Shown: piece after piece, positions 45,725 through 54,264 of the stretch
How the letters are laid out: each line of letters begins with the position of its first letter
Numbering within the stretch: the first letter of the stretch is position 1
Virus record (IMG/VR): IMGVR_UViG_3300013105_000002
Location: 64,001 to 128,000 of that record
DNA from: a virus
Lineage: Duplodnaviria > Heunggongvirae > Uroviricota > Caudoviricetes
Reading direction: 5' to 3' (one strand)
DNA: 64,000 nucleotides
Made by a program: the position numbers and the translations under genes
The notes under the pieces: model-generated
Seen by the model: only the letters and a program-made list of their open reading frames with translations
The model's database searches: none
What the model was told of the DNA's origin: nothing

Positions 45725-46015
45725 ATGACAATCGCTATTAATGAAGAACAGTCGAAGACAATGAGCAAGTACGAGGCCACAGTAACGCCACAGGGCAAGG
45801 ACGTGTGGTCAGTCAAGGTTGAGGAGGTCCGCTATTTTACAGTGGACCCAGACACCGTGTATAGTCGTAGCATGGTGTTCCAGAGGGACAACTTCGTGGG
45901 CACCGAGGAAGAGGTCAAAGCATTGGCCTCAGACAAGATCAAGGATTTGGTCTCAGACAGGGACGCAATCAACACCAAGAAGACATTTACCATTACGGAG
46001 GACGACTGTGTTTGA
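45725..46015 (+). CDS. Hypothetical protein
   Basis: 96 aa, GGAGG RBS. Confidence 0.65.
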   Translation: MTIAINEEQSKTMSKYEATVTPQGKDVWSVKVEEVRYFTVDPDTVYSRSMVFQRDNFVGTEEEVKALASDKIKDLVSDRDAINTKKTFTITEDDCV

Positions 46016-46172
46016 CAACCAGCGCGGTAGGGAGTGGGCAGCATTCAATATCAAGAATGCCGATCACTTCATCGAGAAGAACGAGAACAAGATCAAATTG
46101 TTGCAGAGAGTCGCCCAGTTCGTGGTGACAGTTACTGGTCTTGCACTCATCAGGAAGAGGATGAAGCGTTGA
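46008..46172 (+). CDS. Small hypothetical protein
   Basis: 54 aa, GGAGG RBS. Confidence 0.55.
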   Translation: MFDNQRGREWAAFNIKNADHFIEKNENKIKLLQRVAQFVVTVTGLALIRKRMKR

Positions 46173-46345
46173 CCCTTGGACTGCTCTTGACAGTCATCTT
46201 CTTCGTGTGTAAGATGGGTGCTGTTGGTGGCTTCGCTGCATGGTCATGGTGGCTGGTGTTCACGCCGCTCATCATCGAGTTTGTGGTAGACTTGCTACTG
46301 CTGATCTTCTGGGGAAGTGTCCTCAGATCAATCTTTAATCGTTAA
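46169..46345 (+). CDS. Small two-TM membrane protein
   Basis: LLLTVIFFVCK...WSWWLVFTPL, 58 aa. Confidence 0.7.
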   Translation: MTLGLLLTVIFFVCKMGAVGGFAAWSWWLVFTPLIIEFVVDLLLLIFWGSVLRSIFNR

Positions 46346-46363
46346 ACGTAAGGGAGAGAGCGA

Positions 46364-46723
46364 ATGCTTTTCATTCTGTATATTACTGGCGTCATCGCCA
46401 TGGCAGTGCCCAACCTTTACCGGGCTCATCTGCATTACAAGGAATGGCAAGGCATTCGCTCTTTCCATTCCTTCCTGCGGGAAAACAGAGAGCACATGTA
46501 CAATGGCTGGTACGACCGTGATGAACTGCGGTGGGCCGGTGAGTCTGCGAAGAGGGATATGACGAACTCTTTGATGTTTGCGTTCATGTCTCTATTTTGG
46601 CATGGTGTGCTCTTTGGGCACCTTACCGTAAAGGGCTTTACGTGGCTTCGAAACAAGAATAGCAGCATGGCTCCCAAGAGCCAGATCGACCACGCGGCAA
46701 TCCGAGAGCAGGAGGGTTTCTAA
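46364..46723 (+). CDS. Membrane protein
   Basis: 119 aa, two hydrophobic segments. Confidence 0.65.
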   Translation: MLFILYITGVIAMAVPNLYRAHLHYKEWQGIRSFHSFLRENREHMYNGWYDRDELRWAGESAKRDMTNSLMFAFMSLFWHGVLFGHLTVKGFTWLRNKNSSMAPKSQIDHAAIREQEGF

Positions 46724-47061
46724 TGTACATTGCTGGACCACTCGCTGCATACTTCACCGTCGCTCTAGTCATTTTCTGGATTCAGGGAATGGCTCACATA
46801 AATGATTACAACCGCTCTGTTGCCCGGTCCTACAGTTCTTGGAAAGAATCGAAGCGGTGGAACGATGGTGATTTGCGTGGTGCTAAGCGTGAGCGCAGCA
46901 ATGCAATCGATCTGGTAAAGAATGTGATGTTCTGGGCTCGGTGCCTCGTGTGGCCTTTGGTCATCCCAACATACCTAGTCATATGGATCGCAAAGTTCTT
47001 CATGCTATGCTTCGAAATTTACAATTCCATTCGTAGGCCCCAAGGCTATGATCAGGCATGA
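46723..47061 (+). CDS. Membrane protein
   Basis: 112 aa, same two-TM layout as the previous gene. Confidence 0.65.
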   Translation: MYIAGPLAAYFTVALVIFWIQGMAHINDYNRSVARSYSSWKESKRWNDGDLRGAKRERSNAIDLVKNVMFWARCLVWPLVIPTYLVIWIAKFFMLCFEIYNSIRRPQGYDQA

Positions 47062-47365
47062 CAGTTCCATGAAGCCGATGAGTCAGGAGCAGGCAAGCGA
47101 GGTTTATGATATCCTCGTTGAGCACTGCGGTGCGCCAGAGAGTTGGCGTGACAATTTCATGTATCATCAGACAGCAAGCGTGTGTGAAGAATACCGCTTT
47201 CAAGGTTGTCTGGGATTCGGCGGCAAGTTCCGTCGATACAATCGCGGCAGCGGTCTAGAACGCTGGTATGTTGACCAGTATCACGAAGACACGACTGACC
47301 GCTCCAAGAAAGTGATTGAAACGGCAAACGATCTGCTTGCCGATCTTAGAAAAGAGTACGAATGA
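47048..47365 (+). CDS. Hypothetical protein
   Basis: 105 aa, EYRFQG.LGFGGKF motif. Confidence 0.7.
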   Translation: MIRHDSSMKPMSQEQASEVYDILVEHCGAPESWRDNFMYHQTASVCEEYRFQGCLGFGGKFRRYNRGSGLERWYVDQYHEDTTDRSKKVIETANDLLADLRKEYE

Positions 47366-47838
47366 ACAAGATCAGAATGGCGATTGCATCGCTGTTTGCA
47401 GCAATGCTGCTTGTCCTGAGTGGTGTGTCCGCTCAGGCAGCGACCGACAATCTTGGTTGTCACTCCTATGGTGGACGAGTTTACAATGATCCGTCGAGCC
47501 GACTTCTTCCACGCATTTATGCAGATGGCCCCGGTACGGGCTGTCCAGCCTATTACAATCTTGGCAAGGGCCAGTGGTCGAACAACTATTACAACTTCCG
47601 TGACGTAGATGCTTTCTACGTTGGACCCGGCTACCGTTGTGTCTCCCCATGGGGCTACATCTATTACGGCAACGTCAACGGAACGTGGTTCTGGCTTGTA
47701 AATGACAGTGTAGTCCTGTCGCTTTACTGCACCCCAGTTCCTGCTGGTTCGTCCCCTGCTGGTGACGGCCCAAGTGGCGGTGAAGTCATCAATGGCGATG
47801 AATCAGAGGCCCTGCCCGGATTGGCACCACCAGCCTGA
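47362..47838 (+). CDS. Secreted Cys-containing protein (paralog of 44112-44456)
   Basis: Signal peptide ending AQA; AFYVGPGYRCVSPWGYIY motif; Pro/Gly tail. Confidence 0.7.
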   Translation: MNKIRMAIASLFAAMLLVLSGVSAQAATDNLGCHSYGGRVYNDPSSRLLPRIYADGPGTGCPAYYNLGKGQWSNNYYNFRDVDAFYVGPGYRCVSPWGYIYYGNVNGTWFWLVNDSVVLSLYCTPVPAGSSPAGDGPSGGEVINGDESEALPGLAPPA

Positions 47839-47841
47839 CGC

Positions 47842-47870
47842 TTGACAGGTGCCCACCGACCTGCTAAACT
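47842..47870 (+). promoter_or_regulatory. Sigma70-type promoter
   Basis: TTGACA-N17-TAAACT; CCACC/GGTGG straddles the -10. Confidence 0.7.
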
Positions 47871-47878
47871 GGTGGAAT

Positions 47879-47961
47879 GCTCCGATAGCGCCGAGGTCTT
47901 CTAAGCCTTCCAGTATAATCAGCGTAACGGACGGATGGGGGTTCGAATCCCTCTCGGAGCG
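47879..47961 (+). tRNA. Non-canonical tRNA-Arg(TCT): no D arm, D-loop-like hairpin in variable region
   Basis: Perfect GCTCCGA/TCGGAGC acceptor, 7-nt linker, GAGGT-CT TCT AA-GCCTT, insert with CGT-AACGG-ACG, GGGGG-TTCGAAT-CCCTC. Confidence 0.7.
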
Positions 47962-47962
47962 C

Positions 47963-48034
47963 CGTGGTGTAGTTCAGTGGCAGAATAGTTCCCTCATAAG
48001 GAAAAGGCCGGTGGTTCGAATCCACCCATCACGA
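47963..48034 (+). tRNA. tRNA(CAT), elongator Met or Ile2
   Basis: CGTGGTG/CATCACG with paired 1:72, TTCC-CT CAT AA-GGAA. Confidence 0.85.
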
Positions 48035-48036
48035 CT

Positions 48037-48122
48037 AGCGGAGTAGAGCAGTTCGGAGTGCTCGCTAGGCTCATAACCTAGAGGTCGCAATTTAAGAGGT
48101 TCAAATCCCGCCTCCGCCACCA
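48037..48122 (+). tRNA. Initiator-like tRNA-fMet(CAT) with an 8-nt T-stem insertion
   Basis: A1xC72 mismatch, TAGAGCAG..GCTCG D arm, CTAGG-CT CAT AA-CCTAG, extra AATTTAAG in the T stem, encoded CCA. Confidence 0.75.
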
Positions 48123-48130
48123 ATTGAATA

Positions 48131-48439
48131 ATGCGGTACAATGGATACATGAATGTTATCCGATCCCTATGGGCGTCAGTTCAGGGCGACCCTGTGTTCA
48201 TGAGAAAGTTGAATGGGCACCTGACGCTACATTGGATTTGCCACTTTCCTGTGGTAATCTTTCTGTACTTCGCATTTCCTCAAACGTGGGACAAGATTTC
48301 TATTCTATATCTTGCACTAGTTAGCATCTATGCAAACGTCGCTGGTCACCTAGCGGCATGGCAGGCTTCTCGTGTTGAGGTTAGACAAGAGGAAATTGCC
48401 ACAGATTCAGAGCCTACACGTCTCAATTCTGGTGATTAA
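48131..48439 (+). CDS. Membrane protein
   Basis: 102 aa, two TM segments. Confidence 0.6.
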   Translation: MRYNGYMNVIRSLWASVQGDPVFMRKLNGHLTLHWICHFPVVIFLYFAFPQTWDKISILYLALVSIYANVAGHLAAWQASRVEVRQEEIATDSEPTRLNSGD

Positions 48440-48464
48440 ACGCATACCATGCTACACTGTTAGT

Positions 48465-48881
48465 ATGGTTGGATTCAGACAGAGACTCAGAAAGATTTTG
48501 AACGCACGCTACAGCGTGTCCGCGTGGCTGTGGATTTTGGTGTCCACCGCCACTGCAATTGTTATGTTCATTCTGATCGCTAGCGGAGAAGGCGCTACGC
48601 CGGGACTACGAGAATTTCTATCCGTGCTTCCCGTCAATGGGTATTTCTGGTCTGGCGGTTTGATCATCACTGGCATTACAAAGATTTATGGAATGGCAAC
48701 AGGGAAGGAACGCGCCGTTGTCTACGGATCATTCTTTGCCTTCTGTCTCTGGGTGTTTGGAGCCATTGCATTCCTTCTATCTGGAAATGCAGTCAGCGTC
48801 ATCTTGTTGATTCTGCCATTTATGATCTTCAACGCCTTCCTCTTCCTAGGTGCACTACTTAGGGAAGAGTCACAACTTTAA
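48465..48881 (+). CDS. Four-TM membrane protein
   Basis: 138 aa, strongly hydrophobic. Confidence 0.7.
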   Translation: MVGFRQRLRKILNARYSVSAWLWILVSTATAIVMFILIASGEGATPGLREFLSVLPVNGYFWSGGLIITGITKIYGMATGKERAVVYGSFFAFCLWVFGAIAFLLSGNAVSVILLILPFMIFNAFLFLGALLREESQL

Positions 48882-48882
48882 C

Positions 48883-48911
48883 TTGACCGCCAGTTGGTGA
48901 GGTGCTAGACT
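48883..48911 (+). promoter_or_regulatory. Sigma70-type promoter
   Basis: TTGACC-N17-TAGACT. Confidence 0.65.
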
Positions 48912-48955
48912 CAACCTGTAAGACCCTCCACAGAGTCTTAGAGTCAGGAGTCACA

Positions 48956-49147
48956 GTGAATCCACGAGCATTTGCTGCCCCTCCCGAGTACGAAGTTCGG
49001 GGGAACAAGCACGTACTAATTCTGCACATGTATCACTGGTGTGCACACCCGCGTTTCGGCTCGTCCAAGCACGAGTTTGAGTTCGACACCGAGAAGGATG
49101 CGCTAGAGCGCATGAAGCGTCTCGGTTACATCATCACTAAGGACTAG
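48956..49147 (+). CDS. Hypothetical protein
   Basis: 63 aa, GTG start after AGGAG. Confidence 0.55.
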   Translation: MNPRAFAAPPEYEVRGNKHVLILHMYHWCAHPRFGSSKHEFEFDTEKDALERMKRLGYIITKD

Positions 49148-49148
49148 T

Positions 49149-49703
49149 ATGGACCGAGAGGTTCCTTGGGAGGAAATTACCATGGAGAACGTAAAGATCG
49201 ACTGGCGCAATGGGCGTATCACGGGCGGTGTCCGTATGGCATCCACCAGTGGCTGGATCGACATTCCGCTTCTGTCTCACGTTGAGGGAAATCTCTATCA
49301 GGGTGGATGCAAGCAGGGCTACGCTCTGGATGACGATTTCGTCAAGGTCGTCTCTCTGTACCCGTGGGAGCGTTACGAGATTGCTGACGGCACTGACCGT
49401 GTTGAAATCCGCATGTACGACAGCCACGACGGTGTGCTAGAGGAAGACCTTTTCCGAGCGTCCGATGAGGTTCTGGCCGGTCTGGAAAAGGGCAAGACCC
49501 TTGTCCACTGTCAGGCTGGACTCAACCGCTCTGGACTTGTTACGGCATTTACCCTGATGCGTCAGGGTATGTCCGCGCAGGACGCCATCGACAAGTTGCG
49601 TCGTGGGCGCGACCAGTTGGTTCTGTGCAACCAGACTTTTGTCAAGCAACTGCACGACTTGGAGCGCCGTCGCTCTGAATGGGAGGGTGATACTCATGAG
49701 TAG
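49149..49703 (+). CDS. Dual-specificity / tyrosine phosphatase family protein
   Basis: LVHCQAGLNRS (CX5R) motif, MYDS acid loop, N..F..QL. Confidence 0.9.
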   Translation: MDREVPWEEITMENVKIDWRNGRITGGVRMASTSGWIDIPLLSHVEGNLYQGGCKQGYALDDDFVKVVSLYPWERYEIADGTDRVEIRMYDSHDGVLEEDLFRASDEVLAGLEKGKTLVHCQAGLNRSGLVTAFTLMRQGMSAQDAIDKLRRGRDQLVLCNQTFVKQLHDLERRRSEWEGDTHE

Positions 49704-49729
49704 GTAAGTAACTACAATAAGGAGGAAAT

Positions 49730-50137
49730 ATGTGCAGCAATTGTTTCGATGGAAAGGGATGGCCCGACCACCGAGAACGTAACGCTTACCGTCCAGAAGA
49801 CGAGGAAGACCCACGTTACGCACACTCACCTCGCAAGAGGTCAAAGAGAGAAAAGGTTCGTACCAAGGGCTGCCCAGAGAACGACAACAAGGCTCACGTT
49901 TACGAGATTGTTGAAGTGATCGAGTGGGGCCAGAAGTATAAGCGAACCGACGAGGGTGTTCGCTATGTTTGGGCTCCTGAAAGCAAGTGGAAGCGTATGT
50001 GCGTTGGCTGCGGCCACGTCCACAACGTTTATTACTGGTGGAGCAGGAGAACATCGCCGGTAGGTAGAGCCTTCAATGAAAGCGATGTCTACGAAGTGAT
50101 CGACAAGACAAACGTAAAGCCTTTTTGGATGACATGA
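49730..50137 (+). CDS. Hypothetical protein
   Basis: 135 aa, AAGGAGG RBS. Confidence 0.65.
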   Translation: MCSNCFDGKGWPDHRERNAYRPEDEEDPRYAHSPRKRSKREKVRTKGCPENDNKAHVYEIVEVIEWGQKYKRTDEGVRYVWAPESKWKRMCVGCGHVHNVYYWWSRRTSPVGRAFNESDVYEVIDKTNVKPFWMT

Positions 50138-50571
50138 TGTATAATGGGTTCATGGCTGTCATGAACATAATCCAAAGGACGATTAATACACACGTCACCC
50201 CTTTGGGATATCTGTTTGCAGTTTGGCAAACCGTATTCGGAGTTAACCATCTGCTGCTGGATGACAAGGGTGGCGCAAGAACTGTGCTGTCAGAAATCGA
50301 TCCCCTTATGCCAACGGAGATTTGGGGATTGATTCTGGTAGTAGCATCTGTTAGTTTGATCATCGGCATGCTGTGTGAGAAAACCTCAGTCGTGCAAGTA
50401 TCTGCTTTTGCAGGGTTTGCGCTCTGGGTCATGGCTATGCTATCGTATGTGCTGAACGGATTCATTTGGCTTCACGCACCGAGCGCGGCGCTTCAAGCGA
50501 TGATGTTTGGCTATTTCTTTCTCGCGGCTGGTATCAACCAGTTGTGGGACTACGCACCAGAAAGGTACTAA
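50125..50571 (+). CDS. Four-TM membrane protein
   Basis: 148 aa, hydrophobic; layout similar to 48465-48881. Confidence 0.65.
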   Translation: MDDMMYNGFMAVMNIIQRTINTHVTPLGYLFAVWQTVFGVNHLLLDDKGGARTVLSEIDPLMPTEIWGLILVVASVSLIIGMLCEKTSVVQVSAFAGFALWVMAMLSYVLNGFIWLHAPSAALQAMMFGYFFLAAGINQLWDYAPERY

Positions 50572-50636
50572 TGAACACGGAGTTCAATTCTACGTGACTC
50601 TTTCCAACTGTTAAAGTTGGAAAGGAGGACACAAAG

Positions 50637-50816
50637 ATGGCTGGTCCTTGCAGTATGCCTTCGGGCGACCGCGAAGAATATGAATTTCTTCGCACCATGC
50701 GTTGCGATGCTCACGGAGAGCATTGCTACGGTGGACAGCGAAACTGCGTCATGGTAACATGGCGTGAGTGGCTGCTGAAGCGTAACCGTCTCAGGACGGG
50801 GAAATCACGGGCTTGA
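50637..50816 (+). CDS. Small hypothetical protein (absent from ORF track)
   Basis: 59 aa, AAGGAGG RBS. Confidence 0.55.
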   Translation: MAGPCSMPSGDREEYEFLRTMRCDAHGEHCYGGQRNCVMVTWREWLLKRNRLRTGKSRA

Positions 50817-50842
50817 CGGCCCGGTGATCGATGTGCTAGACT
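50813..50842 (+). promoter_or_regulatory. Sigma70-type promoter
   Basis: TTGACG-N18-TAGACT. Confidence 0.7.
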
Positions 50843-50941
50843 GAGTACATAATAAATCAGCGAGTTGCTTGGCCTCATAGCCTCTCGTGTAGACATAACG
50901 AGGTCCGTTTCGGGTAGAGTTCGGTTAAACTACCCAACCAT

Positions 50942-51025
50942 GGGCGTGCGCCAACGTTGGAGAGTTGGGGGAGGCTGTAACCCTCTTGCACTGCGTCTGA
51001 GTAGGTTCGAATCCTATCACGCTCA
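50942..51025 (+). tRNA. tRNA-Tyr(GTA)
   Basis: GGGCGTG/CACGCTC, GGAGG-CT GTA AC-CCTCT, long variable arm. Confidence 0.9.
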
Positions 51026-51046
51026 CGCAATAACTAAATAATCTAT

Positions 51047-51124
51047 CGTGGTGTGGTGTGAATTGGCTAGCCGTTCGCCTGCAAAGCGAAGTAAATGCGG
51101 GTTCAAGTCCCGTCACCACGTCCA
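51047..51124 (+). tRNA. tRNA-Cys(GCA)
   Basis: CGTGGTG/CACCACG, TTCGC-CT GCA AA-GCGAA, U73 and encoded CCA. Confidence 0.92.
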
Positions 51125-51179
51125 TTAAAATCTACCGGGTTCGACAAACGCCGGTACTCAAATGAAAGAGAGAAAAACA

Positions 51180-52043
51180 ATGTCACTACAAATTGGAAAC
51201 AAGACGGATCGCTTTTCTATTAATCGTGTCGCTGAAACCGTTCATCTGGGTATGTATCCAGATAACACCCCTGTTGTTGATCTAGAGACTGTCTGGAACT
51301 TCAATGCCAGTCATAACGACACATTCATGATTAGCCGTCCGGAATCACTACACGAGTTCGTTACGCATATGTTCGTAGCGGACTCTTTTGCTGAGAGGGG
51401 CAATCCGATTCGGAGCCTTGTCCTTCCTCGTGTCCCCGGTGCCCGACAGGATCGCATCAAGTGGGAAGGCGACTGGCTCTTTACTCTAAAGAGCGTTGCC
51501 AAGATGGTCAATGAGAGAAACTTCCAGAATGTTGTCACTCTTGATCCTCACTCTCTGGCCACCACCGCCCTGATCGACAGGCTCGTGGTCCCAGAAATTC
51601 GCCTGCGCCACTGCATGGAGACGGCTGGTGTTCACGTCAAGGACTACGCTGGCATTATTGCGCCCGATCTTGGGGCTCAGAAGCGTGCTCAGGAGGCTGC
51701 TGCACACTTCGAACTGCCGGTGTTTCAGGCTGGCAAGACTCGTGACCCGCACACCAACAAGTTGAGCGGCTTCCACTTCTTCGATCACCTCATCCCTGAT
51801 TCCCACTACCTCGTGGTGGACGATCTGTGTGACGCGGGCGGCACGTTCATCGGACTTGCAGAAGAGGCTCACAAGGTATATGGTGTGACTCTCGACCTGT
51901 TCGTCACGCACGGACTTTTCACCAAGGGCACTGCAACCCTTTTGCAGCACTACAACAACCTCATTTCCACCGACTCTGTTGAAATCAACGACCCTCGCGT
52001 CATCACGCTAAAGGTCACGGAAGGACTGACAAACTATGCATGA
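51180..52043 (+). CDS. Ribose-phosphate pyrophosphokinase-like protein (candidate Adps of NARP1)
   Basis: P..PGARQDR, LDPHS, IAPDLGA, VVDDLCDAGGTF and FVTHGLF motifs. Confidence 0.9.
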   Translation: MSLQIGNKTDRFSINRVAETVHLGMYPDNTPVVDLETVWNFNASHNDTFMISRPESLHEFVTHMFVADSFAERGNPIRSLVLPRVPGARQDRIKWEGDWLFTLKSVAKMVNERNFQNVVTLDPHSLATTALIDRLVVPEIRLRHCMETAGVHVKDYAGIIAPDLGAQKRAQEAAAHFELPVFQAGKTRDPHTNKLSGFHFFDHLIPDSHYLVVDDLCDAGGTFIGLAEEAHKVYGVTLDLFVTHGLFTKGTATLLQHYNNLISTDSVEINDPRVITLKVTEGLTNYA

Positions 52044-53514
52044 TATGCTGAATGTTATCACTCTCTGCGATGGTTACAAGGTTGACCACCGCCGCCAGTA
52101 CCCCGCAGGAACGGAGTTTGTCTACTCCAACTGGACCCCGCGCGGTAGCCGAATCGATGGTATCGATCACGTGGTGAACGTCGGTCTTCAGTATTTCCTA
52201 AAGGAATACCTTCAGGACCAGTTTGATGACTTCTTCGATGAAGACGTTGACTTCGTGTGTGCTGAGTACGAGCGTCGTATGAACACGTACCTCGGCCCGA
52301 ATGAGATTGGTTCTGATCACATTCGTGCGCTTCACGAACTGGGCTACCTGCCTCTAGAGTTCAAGTCTCTTCCTGAGGGCGCTCTCGTTCCGCTCCGTGT
52401 TCCGATGTTCACGGTCGAGAACACGCACCCGGACTTCTTCTGGCTGGTCAACTACATTGAGACTCTTATGTCCAATGTTCTGTGGATGCCCATGACCAGC
52501 GCCACCATCGCCAAGCGTATGCGCGGTCTGCTGGAAGAGTATGCTGCAAAGACGGGATCGCCTGCTGAGTTCGTGGACTGGCAGGGTCACGACTTCTCGA
52601 TGCGTGGTATGGCCGGTGTTGAGTCGGCTGCCCTTTCGGGCATTGGTCACCTAACCCAGTTCACGGGTACGGACACCATTCCTGCAATTGAAGCCGTGGA
52701 GAAGTTCTACGTTAGCAACGCCGAGGAATACCTCATTGGTGGCTCTGTCGCTGCTACCGAGCACTCTGTGATGTGTGCCGGTGGTGAGGATGACGAGCAG
52801 GAGACCTACGAGCGTCTTATCAACCTTTACCCGAGCGGTATCCTTTCGGTTGTTTCTGACACGTGGGACTTGTGGAAGGTCATCACCGAGACGCTGCCTG
52901 CCCTAAAGGACAAGATCATGGCGCGTGACGGTAAGTTGGTTATTCGTCCTGACTCTGGTGATCCTGCTGATATCCTTTGTGGTATCAAGGGCTCGTACCG
53001 TTCGCCTGAGGATCGCACTCCTGAGGAAAAGGGTGTCGTTGAACTCCTTTGGGAGATTTTCGGCGGCACCGAGACCGAAACCGGTCACAAGTTGCTCGAC
53101 TCTCACATTGGTGTTATCTACGGAGACAGCATCAACTACGAGCGTGCTAAGGACATTCTAGAGCGTCTTGACGCCAAGGGCTTTGCTTCGGCAAATGTCG
53201 TCTTCGGTATGGGTTCCTTCGGTTACCAGTACCAGACTCGTGACACTTTCGGGTTCGCCATGAAGGCCACCAACGTCACCATCAACGGTGTGGAAAAGCC
53301 GATCTTCAAGAACCCCAAGACCGACAACGGTCTAAAGAAGTCGCTACGTGGTCGCATCGCTGTGTTGAAGAACATGGAGACTGGTGACTACTACGCTGTG
53401 GACGACGCTTCTGAGTGGGCTCTACAGAGGTCCGAGTTGACAACCGTCTGGAAGGACGGTATCTTCCACTCAGTGACCCCATTCCGAGAGGTCCGAGAGA
53501 ACGCGAGGGCATGA
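52036..53514 (+). CDS. Nicotinamide phosphoribosyltransferase-like protein (candidate Namat of NARP1)
   Basis: DGYKVDH..QYP, HDFSMRG, ATEHSVM, SVVSDT, VIRPDSGDP, IYGDSI and KKS..G motifs. Confidence 0.93.
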   Translation: MHDMLNVITLCDGYKVDHRRQYPAGTEFVYSNWTPRGSRIDGIDHVVNVGLQYFLKEYLQDQFDDFFDEDVDFVCAEYERRMNTYLGPNEIGSDHIRALHELGYLPLEFKSLPEGALVPLRVPMFTVENTHPDFFWLVNYIETLMSNVLWMPMTSATIAKRMRGLLEEYAAKTGSPAEFVDWQGHDFSMRGMAGVESAALSGIGHLTQFTGTDTIPAIEAVEKFYVSNAEEYLIGGSVAATEHSVMCAGGEDDEQETYERLINLYPSGILSVVSDTWDLWKVITETLPALKDKIMARDGKLVIRPDSGDPADILCGIKGSYRSPEDRTPEEKGVVELLWEIFGGTETETGHKLLDSHIGVIYGDSINYERAKDILERLDAKGFASANVVFGMGSFGYQYQTRDTFGFAMKATNVTINGVEKPIFKNPKTDNGLKKSLRGRIAVLKNMETGDYYAVDDASEWALQRSELTTVWKDGIFHSVTPFREVRENARA

Positions 53515-54260
53515 TGACCGCAGTTGCAGTGGCTCCACGAGTTGGGCCGAAGAATGACATTCTGGTGAGTCTGGTGGTGGCTGTTGTTGCCACCGGCCTC
53601 TCCTACCTGATCGGCATGGGAGCGGGATGGATCGATAGCGTCAATCTCCTAGAGGCTGCTGCCGTCTTTACCTCTTACTCCTGCACGTACCTGTGCGTCA
53701 AGGAACGCCGCATCAACTACCCCATCGGTGCCCTGAGCACGGCTCTGTACTGCATCCTTTTTGTTCAGAGTGGTCTGCTGGCATCGGCGGTGCTGAACGG
53801 TTACCTGACACTCAGCCTAATTTACGGCTGGTTCCGCTGGCGTTCCGACGCTGCGACTCGCCCTGTCTCTAGGGTTGAAATCAAGTGGGTTCCGGTGTAC
53901 CTTATGGCTACAGGCGCGGCGTATGCAGGTGCTCTTGGTCTGAACACCCACTTTGGTGGATCGTTCGCATGGACCGACACGGTTATCCTTGTTCTGACCA
54001 TTCTGGCTCAGTTCCTTCTGGATAACAAGAAGTTGGAGAACTGGGCGGTATGGGCTGTGGTCAACGTGTTTGCCATCTACACCTACTTCACCGCTGGCCT
54101 GTTCATCGTTGGTGTCCAGTACATCTTCTTCCTTGCCAACACGCTCTACGGGTGGTATGTTTGGAACCAGAGTCGCAAGGCAGGCATTGAGCCGGTGCAA
54201 CCCGCAGCGGTTCAGCCAATCGAAATGCATCCCGGCTGGGATCATCTAAACAAGGAGTAA
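53511..54260 (+). CDS. pnuC: Nicotinamide riboside transporter PnuC
   Basis: Multi-TM protein; YGWFRW, K.LENW.VWAVVN and YGWYVW motifs. Confidence 0.9.
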   Translation: MMTAVAVAPRVGPKNDILVSLVVAVVATGLSYLIGMGAGWIDSVNLLEAAAVFTSYSCTYLCVKERRINYPIGALSTALYCILFVQSGLLASAVLNGYLTLSLIYGWFRWRSDAATRPVSRVEIKWVPVYLMATGAAYAGALGLNTHFGGSFAWTDTVILVLTILAQFLLDNKKLENWAVWAVVNVFAIYTYFTAGLFIVGVQYIFFLANTLYGWYVWNQSRKAGIEPVQPAAVQPIEMHPGWDHLNKE

Positions 54261-54264
54261 ACTC

